From positions 8,445 through 72,444 of IMG/VR virus record IMGVR_UViG_3300032007_000018: a DNA stretch of 64,000 nt. One strand, 5' to 3'. A program made the translations under genes and the position numbers. The notes beneath the pieces were generated by a model, which saw nothing but the letters and a program-made list of their open reading frames with translations, searched no databases and had not been told where the DNA came from. Of the stretch, positions 45,501-59,193 are shown one piece after another. The DNA comes from a virus. The first letter of the stretch is position 1; each line of letters starts with the position of its first letter.

Positions 45501-46793
45501 CCATAACCACCAGTCGTCGGCTTTATAGGATTCTTCACTTTCAAGAAGTTTAATACCATCTTTGTATTTATAAACAGTAGCAGGCAAATTATTTCTATCC
45601 TTGACAGGATCATAAACCATGTACTTAATGTAAGAGTTCTCATAGTTTATAATTAATGGATCATATCCACCAAGCCAAATGATAGGTCTATCTTCTCCTT
45701 CGGTTGCCCAAGCACCTTGGAACTCGATAGGGTCAGTATAAACTGTTTCACCATTTACAACTACACTAGCCTTTAACGCAATATTATGAACGCCGTGAGA
45801 CTGACGAGGAATAGCAATAGTGTCCTTTGTTCCAAAGTAGCTAGCAGGAATTATTTTGCTCTTGGAAATCAATTCCTCATTGTCAACATAAACATGAAGA
45901 GTTTCCTCAATACTTGGATCACCATGAGGAATATAATCAAGAGTTAATTCGCCTGCAAGGTTATCAGGCTTTACCAAGGGTAAGAAAGCACTCTCGTTAT
46001 ATTTTGTTAAATATACTTTAACAACTTTAACATTTGGAATAACACGCTTTGGACGCTGTGCTGGCTTCATTGTAGTGTTAGAAGAAGTTACCTTAACAGT
46101 AATAGTTAAGTTCTTACTTTCTGGAAGAGAAGCAGCATCAATCACAAAAGTCTTACCACTCTTATATGGAGGATAAGTGGTTTCATAAGTTTTATCATGC
46201 TCTAAATCATCAATAGTTACTGTAATAATGACATTGGTATCTTTAGTAGATGTAGCAACAAGGGTTAAGTCTTTTTGCTGACCATAAAGGAATGTGGCTC
46301 CATCGTAAAGCTCATTTCCCATTGTCAAAGTCAGATCTACATTAGAACCACTACCGCCGCCACTTCCACCGACACCAGAAACAGCAATTAAATTTAATTC
46401 AACTAAATTATTTTCTGCATCAGAGCCGGTTACTCGAAAGAAACGACCATCAGAGTTAATCACTAAAAGTCCTTTTTGAGGATATTTAGGATTCTCTTCA
46501 GAAGATCCTTCAATGGCAAAAACAGACATGGTATAACGGACATCGTCATCATCTTCTTCATTTATCTTCCAAAGAGTGGTAAGATCTTCGGCATCTTCCT
46601 CGGCGTCAGCCCAAACAAAACTGGAACCGCTACCAGTTCCATTGCCACCAAAGGTATAAGTCTCACCATCTTTGATAAGATAAATAAAACCAGTATCGTA
46701 AGCGAAATAAATATCACCATCGTGGCCGCTAGTCTGCATAACTTTTAAAAGGTCTGCTTCTTTGCCACGAATAGGTCTAAATATCTTTGCCAT
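39510..46793 (-). CDS. Giant tail-fibre/receptor-binding-like protein, 2427 aa. It has a phage-fibre N-terminal motif (RG..DL...GDIYFAYDTGFIYL), central beta-rich regions and a C-terminal BspA-type leucine-rich-repeat domain. At least 8 in-frame TAGs.
   Basis: Five track ORFs (44121..46793, 43374..43955, 40770..42695, 39996..40760, 39510..39956) are all in the same frame. I translated every gap and found it open apart from TAG. ATG 46793 has RBS AAAGGAG. LRR segment NAFSGCTSF...GAFGGLRNLTTIIF. Confidence 0.55.
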
Positions 46794-46939
46794 ATGTTTT
46801 CTCCTTTCATCTCAAAATATACAAAAAAGGGTATGAAGAAAAAGGAAACTTTTTCTCCATACCCTTTTATTTATAGAGTTATTTCCTCTAATAAATTCAA
46901 AAAATTTAAGAGGTTAATTAAAAACATTTGTCCGGAATA

Positions 46940-48736
46940 TTAGAAAGTACCCCAGTTGAAGTCAATAGTAACCTGACCGATTGCGCCAGCAGTACCAGCG
47001 GTACCAGAAGTAGAAGCACCAAGGGTTAAGTTATTAGAAGTGATTTGCATCTGACTAGAAGGAGAAGATACAGCAGTATCTTTATTACCAAGATAATGAG
47101 TAATAGTAGCTACATTATGATTACTGTCAACTGTAGCAGAGGTAGAGTGAATTGTAATGTAGTTATGAGTATCTTTTACTGTGATTTTCTTAGTATGTAC
47201 AGCTGTAATATGACCATAGGCATCGCGAACAATACCATCATCTGTATCTCCATTGCCAGCTAATACATAGAACTCAAGTGCGTTAGTTGCAGAAGCTGAG
47301 GCGAAAGTAGAACTTTGAACAGCGCCCGTAGTATCTTTGGTATCAACGCCATTACCCTTTGCAATAGATGCGTGAGAAACAGTAACTCTACGAAGCTTAC
47401 CGGTATTAGCATCGGAAAGGGTAATCATATTGCCTTCAATTAGCTCAATACCAGCCTCTACTGTTCCATTTGCGCCACCAGCCAATAAACGAACACCGTG
47501 TGTAATAAGCTCGCCAACATAAACAGGCTCATCACCAGATGGCACAAGTTCCCAAGTTGCATCATTGCCAGTTAACTTTCCAGAAGCATCTTCTGTGCCG
47601 GTAGCAATTAACAAGTCACCAGTTTTGATATTAAGAATATTAACTCCGGTAAATGGACCATTTCTACCCATCTTATAAGTGTCTCCAGCAGAGCAGTTAG
47701 ACAATGCAGGAACACCATCTGCGGTGGAGATAACACCCTTAAATTGCATAGCGTTAAATGCCTGTTTTGCTACATTGATTGCAGTAGCAATTGCGCTATC
47801 TGTTTCTGAAGTTGTATAAACATCGAGATCTGCAGTACCAAGAGCAAATTTAGCTTCTGTGGTATATGTTCCACTGGCACCACTACCATAATGAATTATA
47901 GGATCAATAGTGGCTCTATCATTTGCAAGATTATTATTGACATTAACGCCAACTTTCCAACCGGTGCCACTATCATGTGTCTCACTTGCACCATTTATAA
48001 GTTGACCAGTAATAGTAACTTGTCCGGCAGTAGCAGTATCAACGTCAACGCGATTGCCAATAAGTTTTACTTTTTGAGTGGTAGTACCATCACTTAAAGT
48101 AAGATAATGATTTTGAGCATCATCTTCGCTGCTTACTCCAAGAGTATATGTCGTATCGGCGGAAGTCAGAGTAATAGTTTTAGCACTATTATCATAAGCA
48201 ACTGTCAAATTACTAGAACCCAATAGTTTCCAAGAATCGTTTACAGAATGGCCTGCGCTATCAGTAACAGAAGTTCCGATATTAACCGCATTACTATTGC
48301 CACTAACCGAGGTCAATGTATGTGTTAAAGAAGTATTGGTTGTATTAGTATTTAGCTATACCCAAGTGCAAGTTCTATCGCTATCGCTTGTGCCCTCTAC
48401 CTTCGCGCAAACACAAAGGATGTTTTCATCCTCGGCATAGTAGAAATCGCCAATATTGGCTGTATTAGGAAGATGGTCTACATCTTCAACAGTGGTAACA
48501 CCTTCATTAACAGGAACAGGAACAATCTTAGAGCTGTCAGATGCCAACTTACGACCAACATACAGACGAGAAGTGTCAGATGTTAAATAAAAAGCACCTT
48601 CAACAGCATCTTGACTAGATATTAAAGCATTTAATGCTAATTGAGTTCCCTGTAAGAACTTAATGCCAACATTACCTGCGTTAGCACTAAATAAGCTATA
48701 TTTATTTTTAATGTTTTCTCTATTTTTAATAGCCAT
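46940..48736 (-). CDS. Tail-fibre-like protein (598 aa) with the N-terminal fibre motif (GAFYLTSDTSRLYVG) and a TAG at 48356.
   Basis: Track ORFs 48356..48736 and 46940..48316 are in the same frame; RBS AAAGGAG. Confidence 0.55.
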
Positions 48737-48752
48737 TTATATAACTCCTTTC

Positions 48753-49814
48753 TTATTCTTCATCATCATCGGGAAGATTCTCCCAAATAATACGATCATT
48801 AATCGCATTGATTTGATTATTGATTTTAGTAATTTCATTAACAATAGTTGTATTTTTAGACAAGATGCTATTTAAATCACCAATAGCCGCATAATTAACC
48901 AACTTTGTTTCAATATCACTTACTCTTGTAACGAGTCCCTTTTGGATTACATTGTTAGAAACATCTGTCTAATCAAAAAGAACATTAGAAATTGGTGTTA
49001 TTTGATTGCGGACATATGTTTTAGTAGCATAGGCAGAAAGGTTCGCGCCAGTTCCACCAAAAGAACCAACTTTTTCGAGTTGTCCATCTATAATCAAATA
49101 TTCTTCATAGTGATCATCTTCCGTGTCGGTTCCATCGGTCTTTTTCACCATAAAGATTTTATTAACCGCTTCAAGACTGGAAGTATCAATATCGTCTGTA
49201 CTATCAACTATAGTTCTGGATAAAGCGGTAGGTTGAGGAATCCAGATAAGATTACCATCAGAATCTACACTAGCAATATTGCCAGGGTTAGCCTCTAAAA
49301 TACCCTTAAGTGCCACTTTACCATTAGAAGTCTCTTCTAATGAACCGGAGTGTAAGGTTACTTTAGGAACAGGTGTCCAGACACCATCGCCACGTAAGAA
49401 TTTCCCCTCATCGCCCGCTTCTGGAGCTGGAACCAATCCGCCTTCACCATCGGCATAGGCGGTTGCCCCAACCATAGTACCAATCGCAGTATCAATAATC
49501 GTTGAAAGGTCGGCATTTACCCATTCGCCGTTATTATAAACAAGAATTTGTTTGTTGGCAAGAGGTATTCCATCTTCGCCTTCTAATACTACATCGCCTA
49601 AATCGCCAATAGAAAATTCACTAATAATAGTATTATTTCCATCAATAGAACCACTGATTAGTTTTTCACCAAGATACAATAAACCTTTAGTGGCATCGCT
49701 ATTATTATAGACAAAATATAATGTATCAGAATCTAAATGATGTGCCGCTTTTAAGCGTTGATAAGCTTCAATAGTACCACGGGAAAATCGAACATAATGA
49801 ACTGTCTCAGCCAT
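48753..49814 (-). CDS. Tail fibre protein with an Mtd_N-like N-terminal domain (HYVRFSRGTIEAY...DTLYFV) and a coiled-coil C-terminus (353 aa, TAG at 48969).
   Basis: Track ORF 48969..49814 extends in-frame to TAA 48753; RBS AAAGGAGAG. Confidence 0.55.
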
Positions 49815-49946
49815 ATTGTCTCTCCTTTCTTTAGATTATCCATTATAATATAAAAAGCAATATAAATAAATTACCCCAATCTGGCCTACTAAAAAAAACC
49901 AGATTGGGGTAAAATATTAAAGCAATGATTTACGATATTCTAATTC

Positions 49947-52871
49947 GCTCAACTCGTCTTTTGCAGTTGCTAAAGTATCTCGTGCTAAATTGATTAAGCC
50001 AGTAAAATTATTAGTTAATCTATTAATAGGAGACTAAGCTCCAATCATCTAATAAAGACGTAAAAGAAGCCCATTAATTGAGTTTCTACCATTATTAAAT
50101 CCAGTAATTTCTAATGCTGAATATTCATCCATCTCTATTCCAAGAATAATAGGCCATGGAATAGTATCGGTTGGTGTCTAGAAAGTCCACGGATAACCAA
50201 CACTATGCTAATTTAATAAATCCTGAAATACAACACAAGATCTTTTTACTGCATACTATCCATTTTCGCGCATACTAAAACTTCTATCTATTGTATAGAT
50301 ATCATTTTCATCTAATCTCCAATAGTAACAGTTCATCAAATAAAAATAAGGTACAATAGTAGAAGATATAATAGTATAATAGTCTGTAATGGGAGAAAAA
50401 TCATTTGCAGTCGCAATGCTTAAAGTAGTTTGACTTCTATAAAAATAATATTTATTATCAATAAAAAGGCTGTCCATAATGCTAGTTAATACAACATCCT
50501 AGAAGCGTTGAGCACTATCAAAAAATGATGCTGGCTATTTAGATAGCCATTCTTCAGTTACAAGATAGTAATTATTATCATTCTGATCATAAAAATAATA
50601 ATCCGTTTCTAATGTCCCAGGAGTAAATGAAACTGGAATTTTCTATTTAATATAATAACCAATTACATAAGTGCCTTCACTGGTCAGAACTGGTGTTAAT
50701 GTTTGTTCCAATTCTAAATAATAATATGTCTTAGAAAAATCTGGGATTAAACGAGTTTCTTTCTTTAAATCTAAAGGTGGATTAACAATTCCTTCATCTG
50801 CATAATAATAGTAAATATTAGGCTTATAAATATAACCGGCACCACCAGGACCAGGGAAATCATGAGTTTCACTAATCGTATAATAAGTTTTAGTAAGATC
50901 GGCAGACTCATCCGAAGAAAGAATAATATTTCCATTAGAGTCTAAAACATAATATGTGTCAGGAGTATAAGCATAATCAAAATTCATCGGTTCACTTAAA
51001 GCTAAATCTAAATAATGAGTTTCTTGGTCTGGCGTTATTGCTATTTCAAGTTGATAATCTGTGCCAACTCTTTTCCAATATCTATTAGGTTCATAATTTG
51101 CTAACTAAATAGGAATATATCCCGTTTCGGATAGGTCTTGATACTTTCTATAATAAGTTGCAGTGCTATCAAACTCGTTACTCCTATCATATGCAAGAAA
51201 TACATTTCCATCTATGGTAACATCCGCGTCACGCTAATTATTAACCACTTTATAATATACTAGTGGTCTCCACGTTTCAACATCTAGTGTGATAGGCTCA
51301 TAGTAAATATCAAATGGCGAAGTATAATTTAATATTCCTTTATAAAAATACTTATCTAATAATTCATAATAATATATTTTATCATAATCCCAATAAACTT
51401 CAATTTCCTATGCACTTGGAAGAGAATTATCTTCAGTATTAACAACAATAATTTGACCTAAACGATCATGTAAAGTATTTATTGTACCGGCTAAAGTGGA
51501 TAAATCACGAGTTTTTCCACCAAGACTATAATCTCCATTTTCAATATAATGTTGTTGCAATGGAGAATACCATTTAACATCCAATGCTCGTTTATGTTCT
51601 CCTGACTCCGCACCAGTGCCATATAGCATATCATAAACATCTGAAATAGCATTTCCAATAGCAGGTAAACTAATTGATAATTCTTGCATATCAGCACTAG
51701 CAACTTCATCTTGTATAAACTAAGAATCTTTATAGCGATTTTCAAAATTAGAACTTTTACCTGTTGGTGCAACTTTAATTTCATTAGGAGTAGATTCATC
51801 ATATGTTCTAATTGTTTTGTCAAATCCATCTTTATTATAGTAAATTGCACCATCTACTTCTTCTTCTTCTGTTTCATAATCTCCCAAAGAATAAAAGAAT
51901 GTTTTTTGTTTTATTTTTTCATCCGAGGGTTCTCCTTCTTCAGCACTTTTTATTCTAAAGCCCCAAGGAGATTGCATATGCATTTTATAAAATCCATCTA
52001 AACTATCGGCGCCCTAGAATGGAGCTACAGGCTCATCGGTTGGAGGTTCTGCAACAACTGCAATTCCAGGAGTTACAGGATTTAAATGAGCTATTAATAC
52101 ATAACGCTCATTTCCTTCACCAACAACCTTTTCCCAAACAGTGCTATCGTATCCACGATAAAGAATACCCCACGTATCATCGATGTCTTTATAATGCTTT
52201 AAATCAAATGTATATCTCTTAAAATAATTATCTAATACACTTTCATTATCTTCATCAGCTTGCGAACTATATAAAAATAATGGTCTAAATTTAGCCACAT
52301 CAGGATTAGATTCACTATCTGGACCAATACATATATAGAAATCATCGGTGTAAGCTAATGGTTCTGGATTATTAATATCGCTATTATTTGTTATACCATT
52401 ACATCTGCGATGAACTATTTCGCCTTGAGTAATACCGCTCGTTGAAGCAAGGACATGATCACTAGTCATTTTGTAGTATGATTCATGTTCAACAAAAGAA
52501 CCAACCTTATAATAAAAACCATTTTTTTGAATATAGTATTTATTTATATCTTCTGCCATAGGTTCTGCTACTAATTCATAATTAGTATAAACAAAAGGTT
52601 TAGTACACTACGCATCAGCATAGAGAATTAAATCATCATATGTAGTTGGAGATATGGTTTGATCTTGGCTATCAGAGTAAGCTACACGATAATCGCTACT
52701 AATAACACCAATGCTATTCAAATCTTCGTCATATCCATAACTAACTAAAACAAAACGACCTGGGGCAATTCCGTCTCTCTACATTCCATCTTCCATAGCA
52801 TATCGAGAGGTATAGATTTTATCAAACTAAAAAGTAGTATGAGTAGTATTTGTTCTATTACCATAAAACAT
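49947..52871 (-). CDS. Large virion structural protein (~974 aa), TAG-dense (>=10).
   Basis: Track ORFs 50256..50477, 50643..50987, 51408..51689, 51720..51983 and 52014..52559 are all in the same frame. The gaps I checked are open apart from TAG. ATG 52871 has RBS GGGGGAGGGA; stop is TGA at ~49947. Confidence 0.45.
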
Positions 52872-53224
52872 CAGTTATCTCCCTCCCCCTCATATACCAT
52901 ATCAACTATTATCCAGGCACTAGGATTATTTATAATATAATTCAAAGAAGTTTTATTAAATGATAGCCGTGCTATTCCACTTCCATCTGTAAAATCTAAT
53001 TCAAATAATCCCGTGTAATTTATAATGGCTTCTGTGTCAGAATCGTTAATATTAAAACGAGTTCCAGGAGGCGCTGAAATACCAAGTTTTATAATAGGAG
53101 CATATTTATCGAATAATGTTCCATCGCCCCATGCTGCAATTACATCATTAGCCAAACTAAATCTTGGCTCATTATTCATCGCTGATAAATTATAAAAACG
53201 AAATTGCTTAAATTTTTGCGCCAT
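52871..53224 (-). CDS. Hypothetical 117-aa protein.
   Basis: ORF track; RBS AAAGGAGGAA; TGATG overlap with the downstream gene. Confidence 0.55.
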   Translation of the reverse strand: MAQKFKQFRFYNLSAMNNEPRFSLANDVIAAWGDGTLFDKYAPIIKLGISAPPGTRFNINDSDTEAIINYTGLFELDFTDGSGIARLSFNKTSLNYIINNPSAWIIVDMVYEGEGDN

Positions 53225-53244
53225 AATGATTCCTCCTTTTTCTC

Positions 53245-56200
53245 TTAAATAATGCGCTCGGGCGCTTTTGTTGCGGTAATTGACATTGTACCATTATAAG
53301 TAAGAGGTACAGTAATTTTGTTAATTATATATTCTCCATCAATACCAGTTTTTTCATCTTTTACAAATATACGAGTATTTGGTTGTAAATAATATACTGG
53401 TAATGCAGTAATACTAATATTTTCAATGCAATAAGAATGTTGATATACTAGACTATCAATTTCATCTTTTGCTGATTTTCCTCGATAACTAATTGTAAAT
53501 AATTTTTCCATTGAAGGAGATAAAAATATCCAAGAATATCCTGTCTTCTCTTTAATAGCATCTCTATTAATATTAGAGGTAGAAGTAAAAATAAAATGAG
53601 GAACCTCTTTAAAATAAATACCGCTTACTTTAGAATCATTAAGTACTTTGGTTCTATCCCCAACTTGTGGTACAGAAAAAGCTCCAACGCTACTATCATC
53701 TTCCAAAAAATCAAACCAAAAATTTAAAGTATCGGGAGACTCAAATACCGCTCGATTCCAATATGCAATATTGCTTCCACTTGGAACAAAAATTTTATTT
53801 ACTTTTTCTTCTAATTCATCAGTAAAATCATTTGCATAAGAGTCGGTTATTAACTCGTATTCATCGCCCTACGGACCACCATTGCCTTGCAAATCTTCAT
53901 TCATATCTCCATTGCTGGTTTCTGTACCAGGCAAAAAGAAATCACAATTTACATCAATTAAATGACCAGCGTTCCAAACAACTGATTTATCATAAGTTCC
54001 TGTAATAGGATTTTCATTAGTTTTACTATCAGAATAATAACCATTTGACCAAGTTAATTCTAATTTCGCATCCGGATTATACAGCTAACGCCAAAAACCT
54101 TGCATATCAGTATAATACTGTTCATACCCAGTATAACCAGTAGGATAAAATACTGGATTATACTTAGCGATAGTTGGAAGAAAATCATCTTTTTCATTAT
54201 TAGCAAAATAATCTATTGCCATCTAATAAATTATTTCTCTCCAGTCTACAACATAGTCAGTTTCTTGAGAGAATATAACAGAACCATCTAACTGTTCTGA
54301 TAAAGTATCTAAAACCTAAAATCCTTCAACGGTTCCATATGTTTCACCTTTATAGTTTGTATAAATAATAGGCTTTTTATCAATAGCATAACGCATATGT
54401 ACAGGAATATCAATTCCAGATACGCCCTTGCGCACACCCCATACTGAATAATCATTTTTCATATTAGCAATATTAGGAGTATTCTAAAATGCTGAAATAA
54501 GTTTATTACCAACAAAGCTATATAGCGAAGAAGAAGTTAATGCTGATGGAATTACCATAGTATCGCCTTCTACTTCTTTAATAGCAGACCAAGCAGTGTC
54601 TATATAAGTCTACTTCTTTTGGAATACAAACTATCCATCAAGATTATAAAAATATTCAAAATTACCGAGCATATTTTTAATTTTATCTAAAACGGAAGTG
54701 ACAGTATCGCCAATCGCCGCAATCAATTCTCCTGCATATACCAAATCAGTTGTACGATAACCGGCATCTTCACCGTAGTTTAATAGTCGCACTACATAAA
54801 CAGAAGGCATACGAGTGCCTGCTACATAGGCTCCTTCTCTAATCACCCAGGTTAAATCAGTAATACTTCTTTCTGCAATACCGCCTGTTGCTGTATCAGT
54901 AATAATACCATCTTCAATAGCTTCAGCTATTGTTTTTTTAGGCCAGGAATTTCTAGTAGATACATTAAAATAGTCAAGTATGGCCTTATTCAAACCGGCT
55001 GTTACGCCTAACGCATTATAGTCTTCGGAAGGTAATATATACACCATGCCCTGACTATTGGTAGAAAGCTAGCGATAAATATCATCGTTAATTGGTTTAA
55101 AACAATATAGTGTTTTATCGCCATTATAAACTAATTGCTCTAACCCAAAATCATCTAAGTCATTGATGATTATATTCTAATACGGCTCTCCAGCCCATGC
55201 GTGAACAGCTTCACGAATAATTTTTTTAATTGGAATAGAAGTCTTTGTAACTATTTCTTCTTTATCATAGTATGTTTGAGAAGGCGTATAACTACCCTCT
55301 GCCAAAACATATTTACGAACATAATACTCGGTATTAGTCGCAAAATAAGTAATATTGGCTACGTTATAAACACTACCATTCTTTGTGTAATAGGTCTAGT
55401 AAGTACTAAAATTACCTTTATATTTAGTATATTCATTAGTTGGAACATAATATTTATGACTAGTATATTCTCTAATATCTGTAAAACTATGAGGAGTATA
55501 AATATAATCTATCATTTCTTCTTGGCCAAAATCGATAGATGCTGTTAATTGACCACCAAGATCTCCATTTAACATACACATTTTATCTTTTCCGTTAATT
55601 GTAACAGTCTACCCATTTGCTTGAATAGAAGAGTTAAAGGCGGAAATTATAAAAGTTCCTTGCGGGAACCATAGTATATCCGGATAAGGATTCTTTTCAT
55701 AAAATGGATTATTTGCTTTAATATGATATCGAATGAACTATTGCTAATTGTCATCAAGCGTTATCATATTATTATTTGCATCAACATATCCATCTATTTC
55801 ATAAATACCAGAAGAAGTCATTGTATAGTGACTTACATATTCTACTCCATTAGAAGCGGTATAGTAATATAACGTATTACCATTTGAATCTTTTTCATAC
55901 GTATAGTGATTTTTTAATATATCGCCAACAGTATTTTTCAATCCAATTTCAACCTTGATTTTGGTTTTTATACCCCAATAAAAATCATTAATATCTAAAT
56001 CTTGACTAACCAAGGTTAAATTACAGGTTCTTCTTACTGCTGAATTACCATCAACATTAATGGAACCAGCAGTAAGACGACCTTCGATATATTCAATAGG
56101 ATTTTCATCCATATCTAAGGAAGTAATGCGGGCATAAATTTCTCGATGCTCTTTCTGATCAAGTTGCTCTAAGAATTCTTTATCTTGCAAATAAGAATAA

Positions 56201-58782
56201 AGCATTTATTATACCCCCTCATACTCCTAAGATTCTATTGCCGCGAGCAATTCTTCAAGTCTTTGTAAATAATAAGGATGATTTACATTATTATTGCATT
56301 GCACCAAGAGCTAACGTAATTCATCTTCTTTTTCAATTTCATAATTTACCAATTTCAAAGTATAAGTACAAATTGCGGCAACTCCATTGTAAACAAATAC
56401 TTCGTCATAAGAAGAATCGGAAAAGATAAAATCTTGAGGAGAACCGCTATCTACGCGGAACATTTCTCCATTAACCTTAACGCTATAATTAATTCCAGAT
56501 TCTCCCTAGTCAATTAGGAAAAATTTTGGATTTACAGAAGTTCCATCATAATCTAAATAATAATATCTAATTCTATTCAGATCAGGTCTAGTGATTTTAT
56601 AGATCTTATCTCGCGCAAGTAAATTTACATCGACTGCGCCAGAAAATACGTCATTATCATAATCGGTATAATAAACTGTATTACTGCCAGAACCGGTTTC
56701 ATATAATTCTACAATCTATTTTCTATAAAATTGTATTGAATGGAACTTATAAACTTCTCGCTTACAATTTCCATTAACAGAAGAAATAATCTCTACTGGA
56801 CCAACATACGTTTCAGCTCTATCTTCTAACGATATGTCATCAATAACACTAAATCTATTTACTGCGGAAGTAATATATCTATATGTTAATGAACCAATCA
56901 GCCCAGGCTGTTCTGGGTCATCAGATGGAATATAAATATCTGGTTGATTAGTTGTTCCAGTATCAATAGTTAAGATATTATTATTTGTGATATAAATCTT
57001 TTCTCGCTATTCTACTGGCTATGAATCGCTTCCTCTTAAAACATAGCTTCCTGGCAATGCGCCTTGAATCTGCATCCAACCAGCGATTGTATAATTATTA
57101 ATTTTACCATACTGATAAGCATTATCTTTAAAGAATGGAACCGTTTCATATGCATAATAAGATTTTTCTACATCAGATGTTTTGAAAAATCCAAGAGAGA
57201 GTAAATTATCATATGTAAAATCAGCTACCTAATATGCTGTGGCTGAAAAAGTATGAAGCATGCGGCTGAGCTTATCTTCTGGAGCCAGAGAAATATTAAG
57301 TAATCTTACTAAAAAATTACCCTCGGCTGGAGATTTAAATAATTTCATTTCTCCATTTCCAAGCCATTGTAAGACTGACATTTTAAATTGTCTTTCGGCA
57401 TAAATGTTATAATCAACCAGGTCAGTGGTTGGATTTTTATATTTAGTAATTTTTTCTTTTTGGAAATCTTTTTCTTTAGTTGTAATTCTATGTTCAGTAA
57501 CATAATCAAGTCCTAATTGACCTTTTTCAATAAAAAACTCATTTTCATCACTTAAGTAAGAAAGCAATCCAGAAATAGGAAATTCAAAATATTCAACATT
57601 TCCATTTCTAAAAATAAATGGAAACTTGCTACCAATAGTATCAAGTTTTTGCTCTAAACGATCGATCTTAATTGAACTTACTTTTGGATTATATCTAATC
57701 TTTAATTGCTTCTCACCATCGTAGAGAAACATATCTTCAAAACACGCTTCTACTTTTGGCGAAAGAATACGCGCAGAATATAATCCATTATGATTATACT
57801 GCTGTACGGAATATTGATAAATTTTTCCCTGCTCAATAGTAAAATCTTTATATTCCCACGTAGTAACAGATAAATCTGAACTTAAATAGAATTTATATAA
57901 TTCATCCCAGTATAAAAATCCATTATCTGCGCAAGTACGACTTACCACATAAGTACCATGAGAACTAATTGGAGAAGGGCTTAAAGGCTCAAAACTTAAT
58001 TGAATATATCCATTATCATAATTATTTTTAGCCAATAAATTAACCTTTAAATAAGAACGGATACCTTCAACATCCATAATGGGATATGTTTGACTATATA
58101 CCTCTAATCCATTAATAGTACGCACGCCATATTCTACTTTGTATGTCTCCATAGGTATAAGCGTTTGCGCAAATGAATAACTATCAATACTTTGAGATAA
58201 TGCCAATATTTGATTGGAGCTTGTATCAATAGAAGAATTGTGTAATAACCATCCGCTAGATTGCATTAGGTTATTATGTAAATCATACAAATTAAAAATA
58301 TATGAATGAACCTTTTCAGATGTATCACATTCTTCTCCTACCTACTGATATAAACCTACATAAGTACGTTTAAATGTATTAACACCTGTCTCCATACCCT
58401 GAATAGTTACTGTTGGTTTTGCTGTAAATTTTGCTATTCCAACAGTAGAGTAATAACCAACGCCTGCTGTACTAACAAAAGCTATCTAAATTTTAAAGTA
58501 TTGACCTATCATCATATTTTTGACTGTCTCAACTGGTATAATAAATTTTGCTACCAATTCATCAACAGCTTCTTGCGGATTAATGCTATATAATGTCTGC
58601 GTTAAAGTATTACTCTAAACGGTTTTAATTTTTAATGAAATACCAGATACTTCATTTTTACTAACCGCTCTATTCATAGAAAACGGGACGGCAAGATTAG
58701 CCGTCCCATCCTAATTCTTGTAAAAGGCAGGTATTGTACCCTCTATAGATGGGGGATATAATTTTTCAGTCAATACTGCCAT
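53245..58782 (-). CDS. Giant virion structural protein (1845 aa; tail/baseplate-like, beta-rich), TAG-dense.
   Basis: Track ORFs 53245..53706, 54631..55047, 55396..55581, 55744..56205 and 57229..58290 are all in the same frame. I translated the gaps 53707-54630, 55048-55395 and 58291-58782 and found them open apart from TAG. ATG 58782 has RBS AAGGAGG. Confidence 0.45.
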
Positions 58783-58788
58783 TTTAGA

Positions 58789-58983
58789 TTAAGCCTCCTT
58801 TACTTCTGGAGAACTTGCATTCTTTTGCTCGCTTTCTGCGGTCTTAGCAATTTCAGTTACAACTTGCTCGAGAGCGCGGAGAGAATCGGTCATAAGGAAA
58901 CTACTCTCGCCCTTTGTATGAACCTCAAGAAGAGTGTTATAAATACGAGTAAGTTGAGTAAATTGTTCTTGTGTAATAGTCAT
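58789..58983 (-). CDS. Small 64-aa protein with GC3-biased (high-expression) codon usage.
   Basis: Inside track ORF 58789..59028. ATG 58983 has a strong RBS AAAAGGAG 7 nt upstream. Confidence 0.5.
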   Translation of the reverse strand: MTITQEQFTQLTRIYNTLLEVHTKGESSFLMTDSLRALEQVVTEIAKTAESEQKNASSPEVKEA

Positions 58984-59193
58984 AATCAAAAACTCCTTTT
59001 TTTCCATTTTTATATATAAAATACTCAAGCGAATCGAGCATATATACCATATTGATTCTATGCGGAAACATTAACCGTAAGAATTCCACTATTGTAATCT
59101 ATAACACGCGTTGCATTGTTTGGATTAGAATGTCTATCGCCGACTGGAGCGACAGGTCCTAGTTGAAAGCGTTCACAATATACCATAAACTAA

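Noticed and set aside
39510-58782. crAss-like virion RNA polymerase (DxDGD) motifs in the giant proteins
   Set aside because: I scanned the translated giant ORFs and found no DxDGD motif. 'SGHDGD' at the N-terminus of 39510..46793 does not fit, and the context there is a fibre-anchor domain.
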